The notes: generated by a model not told the origin, from the sequence alone. 64,000 nucleotides of DNA from an uncultured Deinococcaceae bacterium (GCA_964252075.1 CAXULY010000002.1:175974-239973), one strand, 5' to 3'. Shown: positions 1 through 11,434, counted from the first letter of the stretch. Program-made: numbers and translations.

Positions 1-2
1 CC

Positions 3-1187
3 ATGAAGCGCACCCTGTTGATGTTGTCCCTCGCCTTGGCGGGCGGCGCGTCCGCCAGCACCCTCACCGTGTGGAGTCACTTCACGGACGCCGCCGAAGT
101 CGCGTGGCTGAAGGCGCAGCTCGCGGCGTACACGAAGGCCAGCGGGAACGCCGTGAACCTCGTCGCGGTGCCGCTCGGCCAGATTCCCGACAAGCTCATT
201 CAGGCCGCGCCGAAGGGGCAGGGCCCGGACCTCGTAGTAACGCTCCCGCAGGATCGCCTGGGGCAGCTCGCGGCGTCCGGCGTGATCGAGCCGCTCGACA
301 AGTACCTGGTCTCCAGGACGGACCTGGACCGCACGGCGCTGAGCGCCATGACGTACCGTGGGAAGCTCTTCGGGCTCCCCATGTTCGCGGAGGCCGTGGC
401 GGTCATCTACAACAAGAAACTCGTGCCGACCTTTCCGACCACCTGGGACGGCTTCATCAAGGCGGCGCAGCAGAACACCGGGAACGGGCGGTTCGGTTTC
501 CTGACGGACCTCACGAACGCCTACGCGAATTACGGCCTCATCAGCGCGTACGGCGGGTACATCTTCAAGAACAATGGCGGCACCGTGGACGTGAAGAACG
601 TCGGGATCGGGAATGCGGGGGCGCAGAAGGCCATGGCGGCGCTGAATGACCTGCGCTACAAGTACAACCTCGTGCCGGAGGGCGTGACGGCGGACGCCGC
701 GAAGGGTGCGTTCGTCGCGGGGCGCCTCGCGATGTACCTCACGGGTCCGTGGGACATGGGGGACGTGAAGAAGGCTGGCATTGACTACGGCATTGCGAAC
801 CTGCCGGTGCCGCCGGGCGCGACGGGCAAGTGGAGTCCCTTCGTGGGCGTGCACGGCGTGATCCTGAACGCGTACAGCAAGAACAAGGCGGCGGCGGCGG
901 CGCTCGCGAAGTCCCTCGTGACGAGTGACGCGCAGGTGGGCTTCAACAAGGCGGGCGGACGCATTCCCGTGAGCCTCTCGGCGCGCGTGAAGCTCAAGAG
1001 TGACCCGATCGTGACGGGCTTCAGCCGGGCCATCTCGGCGGGCACGCCCATGCCGAACGTGCCGGAGATGGGCGCCGTGTGGGGCCCCTGGACGAACGCC
1101 GTGACGCAGAGCACCGCGAAGCCCACCCCGAACTACCAGCAGATCCTGGATTCCGCCGTGAAGGAGATCAGCTCCAACATCAAGTGA
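3..1187 (+). CDS. malE: Maltose/maltodextrin-type sugar ABC transporter substrate-binding protein
   Basis: Signal peptide MKRTLLMLSLALAGGASA; MalE-like motifs GQGPDL, GLPMFAE..IYNK, TGPWD, PMPNVPEMGAVW. Confidence 0.85.
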   Translation: MKRTLLMLSLALAGGASASTLTVWSHFTDAAEVAWLKAQLAAYTKASGNAVNLVAVPLGQIPDKLIQAAPKGQGPDLVVTLPQDRLGQLAASGVIEPLDKYLVSRTDLDRTALSAMTYRGKLFGLPMFAEAVAVIYNKKLVPTFPTTWDGFIKAAQQNTGNGRFGFLTDLTNAYANYGLISAYGGYIFKNNGGTVDVKNVGIGNAGAQKAMAALNDLRYKYNLVPEGVTADAAKGAFVAGRLAMYLTGPWDMGDVKKAGIDYGIANLPVPPGATGKWSPFVGVHGVILNAYSKNKAAAAALAKSLVTSDAQVGFNKAGGRIPVSLSARVKLKSDPIVTGFSRAISAGTPMPNVPEMGAVWGPWTNAVTQSTAKPTPNYQQILDSAVKEISSNIK

Positions 1188-1190
1188 GGG

Positions 1191-1245
1191 ATTGGGGGAA
1201 GGGGTAGGCCTCTCCCCCCAATGAAAAACCGCCCTTTCGGGCGGT
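1191..1245. terminator. Paired hairpins between convergent genes; ACCGCCC-TTTC-GGGCGGT with a T-tract on the minus strand terminates the ebo operon
   Basis: ATTGGGGGA...TCCCCCCAAT (1191-1222); AAAAACCGCCCTTTCGGGCGGT (1224-1245). Confidence 0.75.
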
Positions 1246-1302
1246 GATAAACAAAGAATAGCGCGGTATGCGCGGCGGGTCAAGGGTATGCAGCGGGCCG
1301 CT

Positions 1303-2739
1303 TCAGGACGGCACGAGTTCCCGAGGTACGGGCGCGCCGTCCACAGCCCCGCGTTGCAGGTGGCGCATCAGCACCCCGTACACCTCGGTGGGCTCCAGCG
1401 TCGCCTCCGGCAGCAGGGCGGGGTCCGAGACCATCAGGAGGGGACCGCGCCCGGCGTTCCCGCTCACGCGGCCGTGCGAGCCGCGCACGACCGTCGCGTC
1501 CAGGCCCACCACGTCCATCAGGTAGCGGAAGCCCAGCTTCTTGCGGATGAGGGCGCGCGCCGCCTTGAGTTTCGCGGGCGCGTGCGGGTCGAGGAACAGC
1601 TCAGCCGGGTCGTAGCCGGGCTTCTTGTGAATCTCGACGGTGCGCGCGAAGTCCGGGGCGCGCGCGTCGTCCAGCCAGTAGTAGTACGTGAACCACGCGC
1701 CGGGCTCCGCGACGACCACCAGTTCGCCGCTGCGGTCGTGGTCGAGGTGGTGCGCGCGCTTGCCGTCGTCGTCCAGCACCTCTGCCACGCCGGGCAGCGC
1801 CTCCAGCAGCGCCCGCACCTCGGGGAGGCGCGCGCGGTCGTTCACGTACACGTGCGCGATCTGGTGGTCGGACACCGCGAAGGCCGCGCTCATGCCGGCG
1901 TCCAGCAGTTCCAGGCCGCGCTCCTCACGCACCGCGATGAGGCCCGCCTCGCGCAAGGCGCGGTTGATGTGCACGGGCCGCCACGCGCGCTCGATGCCGT
2001 ACTCCGACAGGATCACCACCTGCACGCCGCGCGCCGCGTAGAAGTCCAGCAGTTCACCCACCACCGCGTCGATGTGGCGCAGTTCGGCGCTCATGGCGGG
2101 GTGGCCGGGCCCGTACTTCTGCAGGCCGTAATCGAGGTGCGGGAGGTACACCAGGGACAGGGTGGGCGCGTGCGTTTCCTCCACGAATCGCGCGCTCTCG
2201 GCGATCCAGCGGCTGGAGCGGATGGATGAGTTCGGACCCCAGAACTCGAACAGCGGGAACTCCCCGAGGCGCGCGTTTAGGGTGGGGCGCAGGTCGGCGG
2301 GCTGCGTGTAGATGTCGGGGAGTTTCAGGCCGTCCGAGGGGTACATGGGGCGCGGCGTGACGGCGTAATCCACGCTGGAGTACATGTTGTACCACCAGAA
2401 GAGGTTCGCGCACGTGAAGTCCGGGTCGAGTTCGCGCGCAGCCTCCCAGATCTTGGGGCGCTGCACGAGGCGGTTGGACTGCCGCCAGAGTTTCACCTCG
2501 CACTCGTCGCGGAAGTACCAGCCGTTCCCCACGATGCCGTGCTCGCTCGGCCACGCGCCCGTGAGGTAGGTGGCCTGCACGCTGCACGTCACGGCGGGCA
2601 GCAGTTCCCCCACGGGCGCGAGCTTACCGCGCTGCGCGAAGGCCTGCAGGTGCGGGGTGTCGGGGCCGATGAGGTCCGGGCTGAGGCCCACGACGTTCAG
2701 GACGGCGGTGCGGGCGAGGGGAGTGGGTGTGGTGGGCAT
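1303..2739 (-). CDS. eboF: Alkaline phosphatase / nucleotide pyrophosphatase family protein (EboF-like)
   Basis: VLNVVGL, PAVTCSVQATYLTG..HGIVGNGWY, YLPHLDY, SEYG, GSHG motifs; ebo context. Confidence 0.85.
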   Translation of the reverse strand: MPTTPTPLARTAVLNVVGLSPDLIGPDTPHLQAFAQRGKLAPVGELLPAVTCSVQATYLTGAWPSEHGIVGNGWYFRDECEVKLWRQSNRLVQRPKIWEAARELDPDFTCANLFWWYNMYSSVDYAVTPRPMYPSDGLKLPDIYTQPADLRPTLNARLGEFPLFEFWGPNSSIRSSRWIAESARFVEETHAPTLSLVYLPHLDYGLQKYGPGHPAMSAELRHIDAVVGELLDFYAARGVQVVILSEYGIERAWRPVHINRALREAGLIAVREERGLELLDAGMSAAFAVSDHQIAHVYVNDRARLPEVRALLEALPGVAEVLDDDGKRAHHLDHDRSGELVVVAEPGAWFTYYYWLDDARAPDFARTVEIHKKPGYDPAELFLDPHAPAKLKAARALIRKKLGFRYLMDVVGLDATVVRGSHGRVSGNAGRGPLLMVSDPALLPEATLEPTEVYGVLMRHLQRGAVDGAPVPRELVPS

Positions 2740-2742
2740 GCG

Positions 2743-3633
2743 TCAGGTCCCCTTGATGGAGCGCTGCCAGTACACGGTCAGCGCGAAGGCCGCGAGGGCC
2801 AGCAGGATGAGTGCGGTGGGCGCGTGCCGGTTCAGGAGCACCAGCGCGTCCAGCAGCGAGATGCCGGCGATGAGGTGCCCCACCGCGCGGCCCACGTCGC
2901 GCTGCGCGGGCGAGTACAGAAACAGCAGGCTGTACCCCACCCACAGCGGGAAGGCCAGCAGCAGCGCCACGCCGCCCAGCGTGAGGGCGGGCAGGGACAG
3001 GGCGGCGTACACGACGGGCAGGATGAGCAGGGCGGCGGGCCAGTAGCGGCTGAGGTCCGCGCGGCGCTCGGTCTTCGCGATCTGCGTCATGCCGACCGTG
3101 TACAGGCCCAGCAGCACGGTCCAGACCACCAGGGGCGGCGTGACGTGTGGCGCGAGCGCCAGGAAGGCCGTGACGTACACCAGCATGCGGGTGCCCGCCA
3201 TCAGGACGGGACTCAGGGGGTTCGCCTTGTGCCAGCGGTCGTACACGAAGATCAGCGCGACCAGCGCGAGGCCCGCCCACACCGCCGTGAGGGACACCAG
3301 CGCGAGCAGCGCGAGGCCCACCACGAACAGCAGCGTCGTGACGAGCCGCGCCTCGTCGCGCGAGATCAGGCCGGACGGCAGGGGCCGCTCGGGGCGCTCC
3401 AGGCAGTCAATGCGGTAATCCATGAGGTCGTTGAGGTACATGCCCGCCGTGTAGAACAGCACCATCGCGACCGCCACGAGGAGCGTCCCGACGCCCGGCT
3501 GCAGCGCGCCCGCGAGCGCGGCGCCCGCGAGGGCGTTCGTGCCGACGGTCGGGCTGTTCGAGATGCGCGCGAGCGTCAGGTGCCCGCGCGCCCGCGCGGG
3601 CCAGCGCGTGCGGGTGAGCGCGTCAGAGGACAT
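2743..3633 (-). CDS. eboC: UbiA-family prenyltransferase (EboC-like)
   Basis: [28 protein letters not shown]sp-rich motif; several hydrophobic helices. Confidence 0.85.
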   Translation of the reverse strand: MSSDALTRTRWPARARGHLTLARISNSPTVGTNALAGAALAGALQPGVGTLLVAVAMVLFYTAGMYLNDLMDYRIDCLERPERPLPSGLISRDEARLVTTLLFVVGLALLALVSLTAVWAGLALVALIFVYDRWHKANPLSPVLMAGTRMLVYVTAFLALAPHVTPPLVVWTVLLGLYTVGMTQIAKTERRADLSRYWPAALLILPVVYAALSLPALTLGGVALLLAFPLWVGYSLLFLYSPAQRDVGRAVGHLIAGISLLDALVLLNRHAPTALILLALAAFALTVYWQRSIKGT

Positions 3634-4834
3634 GCTGCACCCAGCGGTACTCGCGCTCCACCATGTCCACCAGCGGCAGTTTCAGGTCCGCGGGCAGCAC
3701 GTCCCAGGTGTACGTCTCGATCTCCAGGTGCCCCGTGAAGGGCGTCTCGCGCAGCGCCGCGAAGGTCTGCAGGATCTCGGCCTGCGTGGACGCGAGCGCG
3801 GCGTCTCCGAAGTGCTGCGCGAAGACCGGCACGTGGAAGTGCACGCGCGCCTCGGTGAGCGCGGGGTCCGCGAGGTGCGCGAGGGCCTCGGGGAGGTCCG
3901 GGAACTGCGTGAGGCCGCCGTCCGCGCGCCGCGCGATCACCTGGTGCAGGTACGTGCTTTCCGCGTAGGGGCGCAGCGCCTCGGTCGCCTGGCGGCGCGC
4001 CTCGGGGTCCGGGGGGAGCGGCAGGCGCAGCGCGGAGCTGATCTGCACGCGCCCGATGCGCAGGCCCGCGGCGTGGTAGCGGGCGAGCGCCTCGGCGGGC
4101 ACCTCGCGCGCCACCGCGACGTGGCAGGTGTCGAAGCACACCTGCACGTGCCGCCGCATGGCCTCCTGCGCGGCGTCCAGCGTGACGCCCAGCTGCGCGG
4201 CGAGGCTGCGCGCGCCGCGCGTGAGGAGGTGCTCCGTGAAGAAACGCGCGAGTTCGTCGCTGCGCTCCAGCAGACCATCCGGTTCGGGCTCCAGGTCCAG
4301 GTGCATGAGCTGCCCGGTCTCGGCGTGCCGCCGCGCGAGGACCACGGCGACCTGCGTCACGTGGTCGGTGAGGACGTCCCACACGGCGGGGTCGCGCGCG
4401 TCCACCCAGGCCTTGTAACTGAGGGGACTGGACGAGATGCCGCCCTCCAGCCCCGCCGGGAGCAGCGCCGCCAGGATCTCGATGAGGCGCTCCGTGTACG
4501 CCACGCGCTCGGGGTCCAGCCAGTCGGGCGCGTGCACCTGCGCCTTCACCGCCTGCCCGTGGAAGGGGCCGTAGGGGAAGCCGTTCATGGTGAACACGTA
4601 CAGGCCGCGCGCCTCCAGGAACGCCCGAAAGGCCGCGAGCTGGCCGGGCGCGAGCAGTTCGCGGCTCTCCTCGCCGGACAGCCGCAGGCCCAGCCCGAAG
4701 GCTTCGTCCGGCGCGAGGCGCGCGCGCAGCGGGACGGCGTAGCGGTCCAGGTCGCGCAGGACGCCCGCGAGGTCCCCGGACGGGTGGATGTTCGTGCAGT
4801 ACGTGAGCTGCAGGTCGCGCTCGGGAAGGCGCAT
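3623..4834 (-). CDS. eboE: EboE, xylose-isomerase-like TIM-barrel protein
   Basis: [46 protein letters not shown]. Confidence 0.9.
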   Translation of the reverse strand: MRLPERDLQLTYCTNIHPSGDLAGVLRDLDRYAVPLRARLAPDEAFGLGLRLSGEESRELLAPGQLAAFRAFLEARGLYVFTMNGFPYGPFHGQAVKAQVHAPDWLDPERVAYTERLIEILAALLPAGLEGGISSSPLSYKAWVDARDPAVWDVLTDHVTQVAVVLARRHAETGQLMHLDLEPEPDGLLERSDELARFFTEHLLTRGARSLAAQLGVTLDAAQEAMRRHVQVCFDTCHVAVAREVPAEALARYHAAGLRIGRVQISSALRLPLPPDPEARRQATEALRPYAESTYLHQVIARRADGGLTQFPDLPEALAHLADPALTEARVHFHVPVFAQHFGDAALASTQAEILQTFAALRETPFTGHLEIETYTWDVLPADLKLPLVDMVEREYRWVQHVL

Positions 4835-4835
4835 G

Positions 4836-5690
4836 TCAGCGCGCCTCCGCCGTCAGTTCCGGCGCCGCGCGCGGGATGGTGCCCGGCGCGGGCCGACGGA
4901 AGCGCGGGGACTGCCCCAGGAACGCCGCGGGGTTCTCGAACACGATGCGCTGAATGAGCGCCTCGCTGTGCCCGCGCCGCCGCGCGGCCAGGATGAACTC
5001 CGGGATGGCGACGGGGTCGCTCTCGCCCCAGTCGCAGGCGGACGCCACGCAGATGCGCTCCGGGCCGAACATCTCGATCATGTCGAGCGCCCGCGCGGGC
5101 GACGCCTTCGTGCGGGGGTACAGGGTGAAGCCCGTCCAGAAGCCGTGCTCCAGGATCATGGGCGCGGTGTGCTCCTCGGCGTGGTCAATCATGACGCGCG
5201 CGGGGTTCACGCGCCCGTCGCGCGCGAGGGCCTCCACCAGCACCCGCGTGCCCTTGTACTTGTCCTCCAGGTGCGGGGTGTGGATATGGATCATCTGGTG
5301 GTGCTCCAGCGCGAGCTCCACGTGATCCATGAATGTCGCGAGTTCGTTGCGCGTCACGCGGTTCAGGCCGATCTCACCGATGCCCAGCACGGTGGGGCGG
5401 CTCAGGTACTCCGGGATGAGCGCCAGCACCTGCCGCGCGAGCTCGCGGTCCTCGCCCTCCTTGGGGTTCAGGCACAGCCACGCGTAGTGATCGATGCCGT
5501 ACCCCCTGGCGCGGGCGGGCTCGAAGGTCGTGATGTGATCGAAGTAATCCGCGAAGGCGAGCGGCCCCAGGCGGTCGCGGCCCGACCAGAAGGCCGGTTC
5601 CGTCACCGCGACGCAGCCCGTGAGGGCCATCTGGTGGTAGTCGGTGGTGGTGCGCGAGATCATGTGCGCGTGCAGATCAATGTAGTTCAC
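4836..5690 (-). CDS. eboB: TatD-family metallohydrolase (EboB-like)
   Basis: [36 protein letters not shown]. Confidence 0.85.
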   Translation of the reverse strand: MNYIDLHAHMISRTTTDYHQMALTGCVAVTEPAFWSGRDRLGPLAFADYFDHITTFEPARARGYGIDHYAWLCLNPKEGEDRELARQVLALIPEYLSRPTVLGIGEIGLNRVTRNELATFMDHVELALEHHQMIHIHTPHLEDKYKGTRVLVEALARDGRVNPARVMIDHAEEHTAPMILEHGFWTGFTLYPRTKASPARALDMIEMFGPERICVASACDWGESDPVAIPEFILAARRRGHSEALIQRIVFENPAAFLGQSPRFRRPAPGTIPRAAPELTAEAR

Positions 5691-6001
5691 CGTTCGGCCT
5701 CCAGTCGGTGGGCGGACGCGCCGAAGGCGCTCTGCTGGTCGCGCACGTCCAGCAGGGTGAGGTCGAGGTCGCTGAGGACCATCTGCACCTGCCGCGCGCG
5801 CTCCGGGCCGTCCCCCGTGAGGACCTTGAGCGACTCACGGAAGGCCTCCATGCGGAAGTCATGCGGGGCGTTCGGGTGGGCGGAGCGCTCGAAGCGGTCG
5901 AGGAACGCCGCGAGGGCGAGCACCTGCGCGCGGTGCTCCATGAAGGTTTCGTCGAGGATTTGCTGCTGACTCAGCGGGCAGGTGCGGGCGTAAGGGTCCA
6001 T
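5687..6001 (-). CDS. Small hypothetical protein within the ebo operon (104 aa)
   Basis: RBS GGAG upstream; overlaps both neighbours; host-like codon use; [17 protein letters not shown] helix. Confidence 0.75.
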   Translation of the reverse strand: MDPYARTCPLSQQQILDETFMEHRAQVLALAAFLDRFERSAHPNAPHDFRMEAFRESLKVLTGDGPERARQVQMVLSDLDLTLLDVRDQQSAFGASAHRLEAER

Positions 6002-7176
6002 GTCGCTCCTCTGGGGGTGGGGTTCAGGGTGGCGTGCTGCGCCAGCCAGCGCACACAGCGCGCGAGCAGCGCGAGGTCCATCTCGTGCACCTCAAGGCCG
6101 CGCCCGATGCCGCCGAGCAGCATCACGGTGAGCTGGCCGCCCAGGTGCTCGCGGAATTCCTCTAGGCCGTGCAGCAGGCTGCGCGGGTCCTCGGGCGTGT
6201 CCAGCGCGTCCAGCATGCGCGGGTGGAACACCACGAGGCCCAGCGCGCCGAACAGGGACAGGATGCGCGCCCAGTCCGCGCGCGGGAGGTGCCCAGCGAG
6301 GTGCGCGTAGGTGCTGTCCAGCGCGATGCCCATCGCCACGGCCTCGCCGTGCCGCAGGGCGTACCCGGTGAGGGACTCCAGCTTGTGCGCCGCCCAGTGC
6401 CCGAAATCCAGGGGGCGCGAGGAGCCCTGCTCGAAGGCGTCGCCACTCCCCGCGATGTGCCCCAGGTGCAGCTGCGCGCAGCGGTACACGGCGTGCTCCA
6501 TCGCGGCGAGGTCGCGGGCGCGCAGGGCGGGCGCGCTGTCCTCCAAGAAGGTGAAGAACGCGCGGTCCTTGAGGAGCGCGACCTTCACGGCCTCCGACAG
6601 GCCGCCCAGCCAGTCCCGGTCCTCCAGCGTGGTGAGGAGCTGCAGGTCGTTCAGGACGGCGGCGGGCGGCGCAAAGGTGCCCAGCCAGTTCTTCTTGCCG
6701 TGCGCGTTCACGCTGTTCTTCACGCCGACGGCGCTGTCGTTCTGCGAGAGCACCGTGCTGGGCACGCGGATGAGGCGCACGCCGCGGTGCGCGGTCGCGG
6801 CGGCGTACCCCACCATGTCGATGAGCGCGCCGCCCCCCACCGCCACCACGTAGGAGTGCCGGTCGATGCCGTGGTCGTCGATGGCCTGCTGCACCCGCAT
6901 CACGAAGGCCGGGTCCTGCTTCACGGCCTCGCCGCCCGGCAGCACCATGGGGGCCGAGACGAGCGCGAGGTCGTGGTGCGCGCAGTACGCCTCCAGCTCG
7001 GCCGTGAGGTGCGGGTGGTGGCGCGCCACGCCGTCATCCACCACGGCCAGCAGCTTGCGCGCGCCGCCCTGCACGGCGTCCCGGAAGCTGGGGTTGTCGG
7101 GCGTAAAGAGCCGGGAGGTGAACACCACGGGGTAACGGAAGCGCACCTCGAACTGCTGCTCGATGGTGCGCGTCAT
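5971..7176 (-). CDS. eboD: 3-dehydroquinate-synthase-like sugar phosphate cyclase (EboD-like)
   Basis: [50 protein letters not shown]; start trimmed to ATG 7176. Confidence 0.85.
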   Translation of the reverse strand: MTRTIEQQFEVRFRYPVVFTSRLFTPDNPSFRDAVQGGARKLLAVVDDGVARHHPHLTAELEAYCAHHDLALVSAPMVLPGGEAVKQDPAFVMRVQQAIDDHGIDRHSYVVAVGGGALIDMVGYAAATAHRGVRLIRVPSTVLSQNDSAVGVKNSVNAHGKKNWLGTFAPPAAVLNDLQLLTTLEDRDWLGGLSEAVKVALLKDRAFFTFLEDSAPALRARDLAAMEHAVYRCAQLHLGHIAGSGDAFEQGSSRPLDFGHWAAHKLESLTGYALRHGEAVAMGIALDSTYAHLAGHLPRADWARILSLFGALGLVVFHPRMLDALDTPEDPRSLLHGLEEFREHLGGQLTVMLLGGIGRGLEVHEMDLALLARCVRWLAQHATLNPTPRGATWTLTPAPAR

Positions 7177-7328
7177 GGCGTTCGCCCGTCCGGGCGGGTC
7201 GACCTCGCGGCGCGGCCGCGGTCGGTGGGCAGGTGCGTTGCGTTCACCGGGCGAGCGTAGGCACCCGGCAGTCAACGCTTCGCTAATGCGGGGCGCCCCT
7301 CGGGCGCTGCGCGGGCGTCAACCGAACG

Positions 7329-8219
7329 CTACACGCCGCGGAAGAAGCCGATGAGCTGCGCGTTCACGTCATCCGGCTGCTCGTGGTGCAGCCAGTGGGT
7401 GGCCGTCTCGAAGCGCACGAGGCGCGCGTCGTCGCAGTACGTTAGGCTGTCCTCGGCCAGTTCGGGGATGAGGAAGTGGTCCTGCACGCCCCACAGGATC
7501 AGGGTGGGCACCCGCACGCGCAGCGACGCGGCGTCCCGGGCGCCGGCGCCCGCGTGGCGCAGGGCGCGGTACCAGTTGATCATGCCGGTGAGCGCGCCCG
7601 GCTGCAGCCACGCGTCGCGGTAGGCGTCCAGTTCGGCGTCGAAGGTGTGCGGCCTGGAGGTGCGGACCAGCGCCTGCGCGAGCGCCCGCGCGCCGCGCTG
7701 CCGCAGCAGCCACTCCGGCAGGGCGGGAACCTGGAAGGCCAGCATGTACCAGCTGCGCCGCCGCTGCGCCGCGCGGCGCGTCAGGGCGAGCTGCATGGCC
7801 GCCGGGTGCGGCACGTTCATGATAACGAGCTGCTGAACGCGCTCGGGGTACTGCAGGGCGAGCGCCCACGCGACCGCCGCGCCCCAGTCGTGCCCGACCA
7901 CCCGCGCGCGCTGAAGGCCGCGCGCGTCCAGCAGGCCCAGCACGTCGCGCACCAGTTCCCCCACCTGGTACGCGCACACGCCGCTGGGTTTGGCACTCAG
8001 GTTGTACCCGCGCTGGTCCGGCGTGATCACCCGGTACCCGGCCGCGGCGAGCGCCGCGATCTGCGCGCGCCACCCGAACCACGCCTCCGGGAAGCCGTGC
8101 AGCAGCACCACGGGCGGGCCGTCCGCCGGTCCGGTCTCCACGACGTGCAGCGCCACACCGTTCACGCCCAGCCAGGTGCGGCGCAGGGGAACGTCGGTGG
8201 GCGTGTGGGGGGAGGACAC
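7329..8219 (-). CDS. Alpha/beta hydrolase, epoxide hydrolase family
   Basis: LLHGFPE, PDQRGY, GHDWG nucleophile elbow, NWYRA, HWLHHE; -10 TACAGT 5 nt before GTG. Confidence 0.85.
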   Translation of the reverse strand: MSSPHTPTDVPLRRTWLGVNGVALHVVETGPADGPPVVLLHGFPEAWFGWRAQIAALAAAGYRVITPDQRGYNLSAKPSGVCAYQVGELVRDVLGLLDARGLQRARVVGHDWGAAVAWALALQYPERVQQLVIMNVPHPAAMQLALTRRAAQRRRSWYMLAFQVPALPEWLLRQRGARALAQALVRTSRPHTFDAELDAYRDAWLQPGALTGMINWYRALRHAGAGARDAASLRVRVPTLILWGVQDHFLIPELAEDSLTYCDDARLVRFETATHWLHHEQPDDVNAQLIGFFRGV

Positions 8220-8371
8220 ACGTCACTGTATGCCCGGGGCGCGTGCGCGGTCTTCACCGATGCTGAAACCGACGGCCCGAAATGAAAACGGCGACCTTCC
8301 GGCCGCCCTGATTCCTAAAATATAGCGTGGTATGCACGCCGGGTCAAGGTCATGCAGTGGGTTCGCCGCGT

Positions 8372-8821
8372 TCAGCCTGGCGTGGCGGGCCGGTTCCCGG
8401 CGCGCCGGGTGGGCAGCGCCGCCTCACGCCAGAAGCGCAGGAGCGCCTCCAGTTCCGCCGCGAACACCAGCTGATCGTCCGGCTTCAGCAGGTATGCGCT
8501 CGCGTGCCCGGCGTACGCGCGGCGCACATCCGCCTCGTTGCGCGACGTGCTGATGATCACCACCGGCACCGCGCGGCGCTCGGCCTCCGCCTTGAGCCGC
8601 TTCAGCACGTCCAGGCCGCTCAGGCCCGGCATGTGCAGGTCCATCAGCACGAGGTCCGGCCACGAGCCGGGCGGCCCCTCGAAGCGCTCCAGGGCCGCCG
8701 TGCCGCCCAGCGCGGTGCTGAGCAGGTACGGTTCAGGCTGCTCGGCCAGCGCGAGCTCCGCGAGGAGCAGGTCCGCCGGGTCGTCATCAACGACCAGCAG
8801 GTGAATGGAGGCGGGTTTCAT
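8372..8821 (-). CDS. Single-domain response regulator (Rcp1/CheY-like)
   Basis: LVVDDD, DLVLMDLHMPG, STS, YLLKP. Confidence 0.85.
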   Translation of the reverse strand: MKPASIHLLVVDDDPADLLLAELALAEQPEPYLLSTALGGTAALERFEGPPGSWPDLVLMDLHMPGLSGLDVLKRLKAEAERRAVPVVIISTSRNEADVRRAYAGHASAYLLKPDDQLVFAAELEALLRFWREAALPTRRAGNRPATPG

Positions 8822-8912
8822 CGGTGCGGTCCGGCGGGTCGCGTGGGCGCCATGGCGTCCCCTTCCTCAGCCTCCCGTGCCGGCCGGACTGACACAGCAG
8901 TATAGCGGGCCC

Positions 8913-10088
8913 TCACGCGCCGGGGAGCAGCACATGAAACGCCGCGCCGCAACCCACCTGACCGTGCGCCCACACGCGCCCACCGTGGCGCTCCACGATG
9001 CGCTTGACGTTCAGGAGCCCCATCCCGATCCCCTCGAAGTCCTCCTGGCGGTGCAGGCGCGAGAAAGCCGTGAAGAGCCGCGGCGCGTACTTCGGGTCGA
9101 AGCCCGCGCCGTTGTCCCGCACGGTGATGACCCACGCGTCCCGCTGGCGCGCGCAGCTCAGCTCCACGCGCGCGCACTCGGTGCCCCGCGTGTACTTGGT
9201 GGCGTTCGACAGCAGGTTCTCGAACACCAGGGTCAGCAGGTCCCGGTCGCCCTGCACGCACGGCAGGTCCTCCATCAGGAACACCACGTCACGGCCCTCA
9301 CGCCCGTTGGCGAGCGAACCCCACACCTGCTCCACCAGGGCGTTCAGGTGCACGGGCCCGAAGTCGAGGCGCGCGCTGGAGGTGCGCGACAGCGCCAGCA
9401 GCCGCTCGATCATGCGGCTCATGCGGTCCGCCGCCGCGTCGAGGTGCGCGTGCAAGGTGCGCTCGCGCTCCGTCTGCTGGACGCCGCGCTCGCGGCGCAG
9501 CAGGTTCAGGAAGCCCGTCACGTGCCGCACAGGCGCGCGCAGGTCGTGCGCGAGCGTGGACGCGAACAGGTCCAGCTCGTGGTTCGCGTCCTGCAGGGCC
9601 GCCGTGCGCGTCCCCACCGCCGCCTCCACCTCGGCGGTCAGGTCCCGCTGGCGTTCCTCCGCGCGCTTGCGGGCGCTGACCTCCTCGTGCACGACGACCG
9701 CGTGAGAGGGCAGCGCGCCCCGCCCAGCGACGGGTGTGACGCGCGCGAGGTACCACGCGCGCCGCTCCGGGCTGTGGCACGGGTACTCCAGGCTGAAGGC
9801 CGGGAGGGTGCCGCGCAGCACCCCGCGCAGGCCCGCCGCCAGGTCCAGCGCTTCCGACGGCACCGCCGGACTGGCCGCGTCACACACCTGGAGGTAATTG
9901 GCACCCACGCCGCAGCGGTGCGCCTGCCCGCCGCCCCGCCCCATGAAGGCCAGCCACGCGGCGTTCACCGCCACGATGGTGCCTTGCGGGTCCACGACGC
10001 AGGTGGCGGTGCTGAGGGCGTCCAGAAGCGCCTGCGGCAGGAGCGCGGGCAGCGGGTCGGATAGGGGCAGGGCGAGGGCGTGGCGCAT
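8913..10088 (-). CDS. PAS-domain sensor histidine kinase
   Basis: PAS-like N-terminus; H-box AHDLRAPVRH; N-box NLLSNATKY; DNGAGF; GIGMGL; start uncertain (10088 or 10139). Confidence 0.85.
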   Translation of the reverse strand: MRHALALPLSDPLPALLPQALLDALSTATCVVDPQGTIVAVNAAWLAFMGRGGGQAHRCGVGANYLQVCDAASPAVPSEALDLAAGLRGVLRGTLPAFSLEYPCHSPERRAWYLARVTPVAGRGALPSHAVVVHEEVSARKRAEERQRDLTAEVEAAVGTRTAALQDANHELDLFASTLAHDLRAPVRHVTGFLNLLRRERGVQQTERERTLHAHLDAAADRMSRMIERLLALSRTSSARLDFGPVHLNALVEQVWGSLANGREGRDVVFLMEDLPCVQGDRDLLTLVFENLLSNATKYTRGTECARVELSCARQRDAWVITVRDNGAGFDPKYAPRLFTAFSRLHRQEDFEGIGMGLLNVKRIVERHGGRVWAHGQVGCGAAFHVLLPGA

Positions 10089-10410
10089 GGGTGAGGGGCG
10101 GGCCTCCGCCCACGTGCCTTCAGGTGTATCAGAGCGCACACTCGAACGCCAGAACGCAGCAGACCTTCCACCTGAAGCAAAAGTTCATGCTGCCCCCGCG
10201 TGGACCGGGAGACGGCCAATCGATCCTCAAGCCAGGGTGGTGGCGTGGCCTCCGCCTGTCGGGAGCACCAGAAGCCCTGCCGCTCCCTGCAGCCAAGCTG
10301 CAACAAAACGGCGCGCGGCCTCAGGGCGTCCAGCGCCCTTTCAGTGATGAGCTTTGCCTCAAGGAGGCCCACGCGTGCGTGCGGTACGGTGGGGCCACCG
10401 GGAGGGCCCC

Positions 10411-11334
10411 ATGACGAAGGCACCGAAGGAAGCGCGCCGTTACGACCGTAGCGTTGACCCCGCCGAACAGCTCATTGACCGGCAGGCGTGGCTGGACGGC
10501 CTCGCTGTGCCCCTCCAGAAGCGCGTCGGGAAGGTCTTCCAGTCTGGCGGGACCGTCACGAAGCGCATTGAGGACGCCCTGCACGGCGTGCCGATCGGCA
10601 CGCCCCTCCATCCGATTCTCGTGACCATCCCCATCGGGGCGTGGACGGTGGTGGGCGTGCTGGACGCCATGGAGCTCCTGGGTCGCCGGGACGTGCGCGC
10701 GGGCGCGGACATCGCGGTGCAGGTGGGCATCGTGGGCGCCGCGCTGTCGGCCATCACGGGCATCACGGACTGGTACCAGGTCGGGGAGTTCAAGATGAAG
10801 CGCCGCGTGGGGCTGGTGCACGGCGCGCTGAACGGCACGGCGCTCCTCATGTACGTCGCGTCCAGCGTGCTGCGCGCGCGCGGCTCGCGCGCCGCCGCCC
10901 GCAACCTGAGCTGGGCGGCCTTTGCGCTGTCCGGCGCGAGCGCGCACCTCGGCGGGACGCTGGTGTACAAGGAAGGCCAGGGCGTGTCGCACGTCGTGGA
11001 CGTGCAACCGCCCGAGGACTTCACGCCCGCGCTCCCGGAGGCGGACCTCCGCGACGGTCAGCCTGCGCGCGGCGTGACGGGCGACGTGCCGGTCGTGGTG
11101 GTGCGGCAGGAGGGCGAGGTGCACGCGCTCGCCGAGCGCTGCGCGCACCTGGGTGGGCCGCTCGCGGAAGGCACCGTGGAGGGCGGGGGCATCCGCTGCC
11201 CCTGGCACGGCTCGCGCTTCCGCCTGCGCGACGGCATGGTGCTGGACGGCCCGTCGGCGCACGCGCAACCGTGCTTCTTCGCGCGCGTGCGCGACGGTCA
11301 GGTGGAAGTTCAGCCCGCCCGCACTTGGGACTGA
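10411..11334 (+). CDS. Membrane (DUF2231-like) domain fused to a Rieske [2Fe-2S] domain
   Basis: PLHPILVTIPIGAW; CAHLG...CPWHG Rieske motifs; GGAGG before ATG 10411. Confidence 0.85.
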   Translation: MTKAPKEARRYDRSVDPAEQLIDRQAWLDGLAVPLQKRVGKVFQSGGTVTKRIEDALHGVPIGTPLHPILVTIPIGAWTVVGVLDAMELLGRRDVRAGADIAVQVGIVGAALSAITGITDWYQVGEFKMKRRVGLVHGALNGTALLMYVASSVLRARGSRAAARNLSWAAFALSGASAHLGGTLVYKEGQGVSHVVDVQPPEDFTPALPEADLRDGQPARGVTGDVPVVVVRQEGEVHALAERCAHLGGPLAEGTVEGGGIRCPWHGSRFRLRDGMVLDGPSAHAQPCFFARVRDGQVEVQPARTWD

Positions 11335-11434
11335 GCCCCGGCGGCAGTAAAGGCGTGCAAGCCGCGGATGTGCGCCGCGCGGGTCAAGTGTTCAGGGACG
11401 GCACCATGCCGGGGGCGTGAGCGTAGACTCGGGC

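Noticed and set aside
5971..7176. Housekeeping aroB call
   Set aside because: ebo context and the [15 protein letters not shown] motifs indicate EboD; no other aro genes nearby
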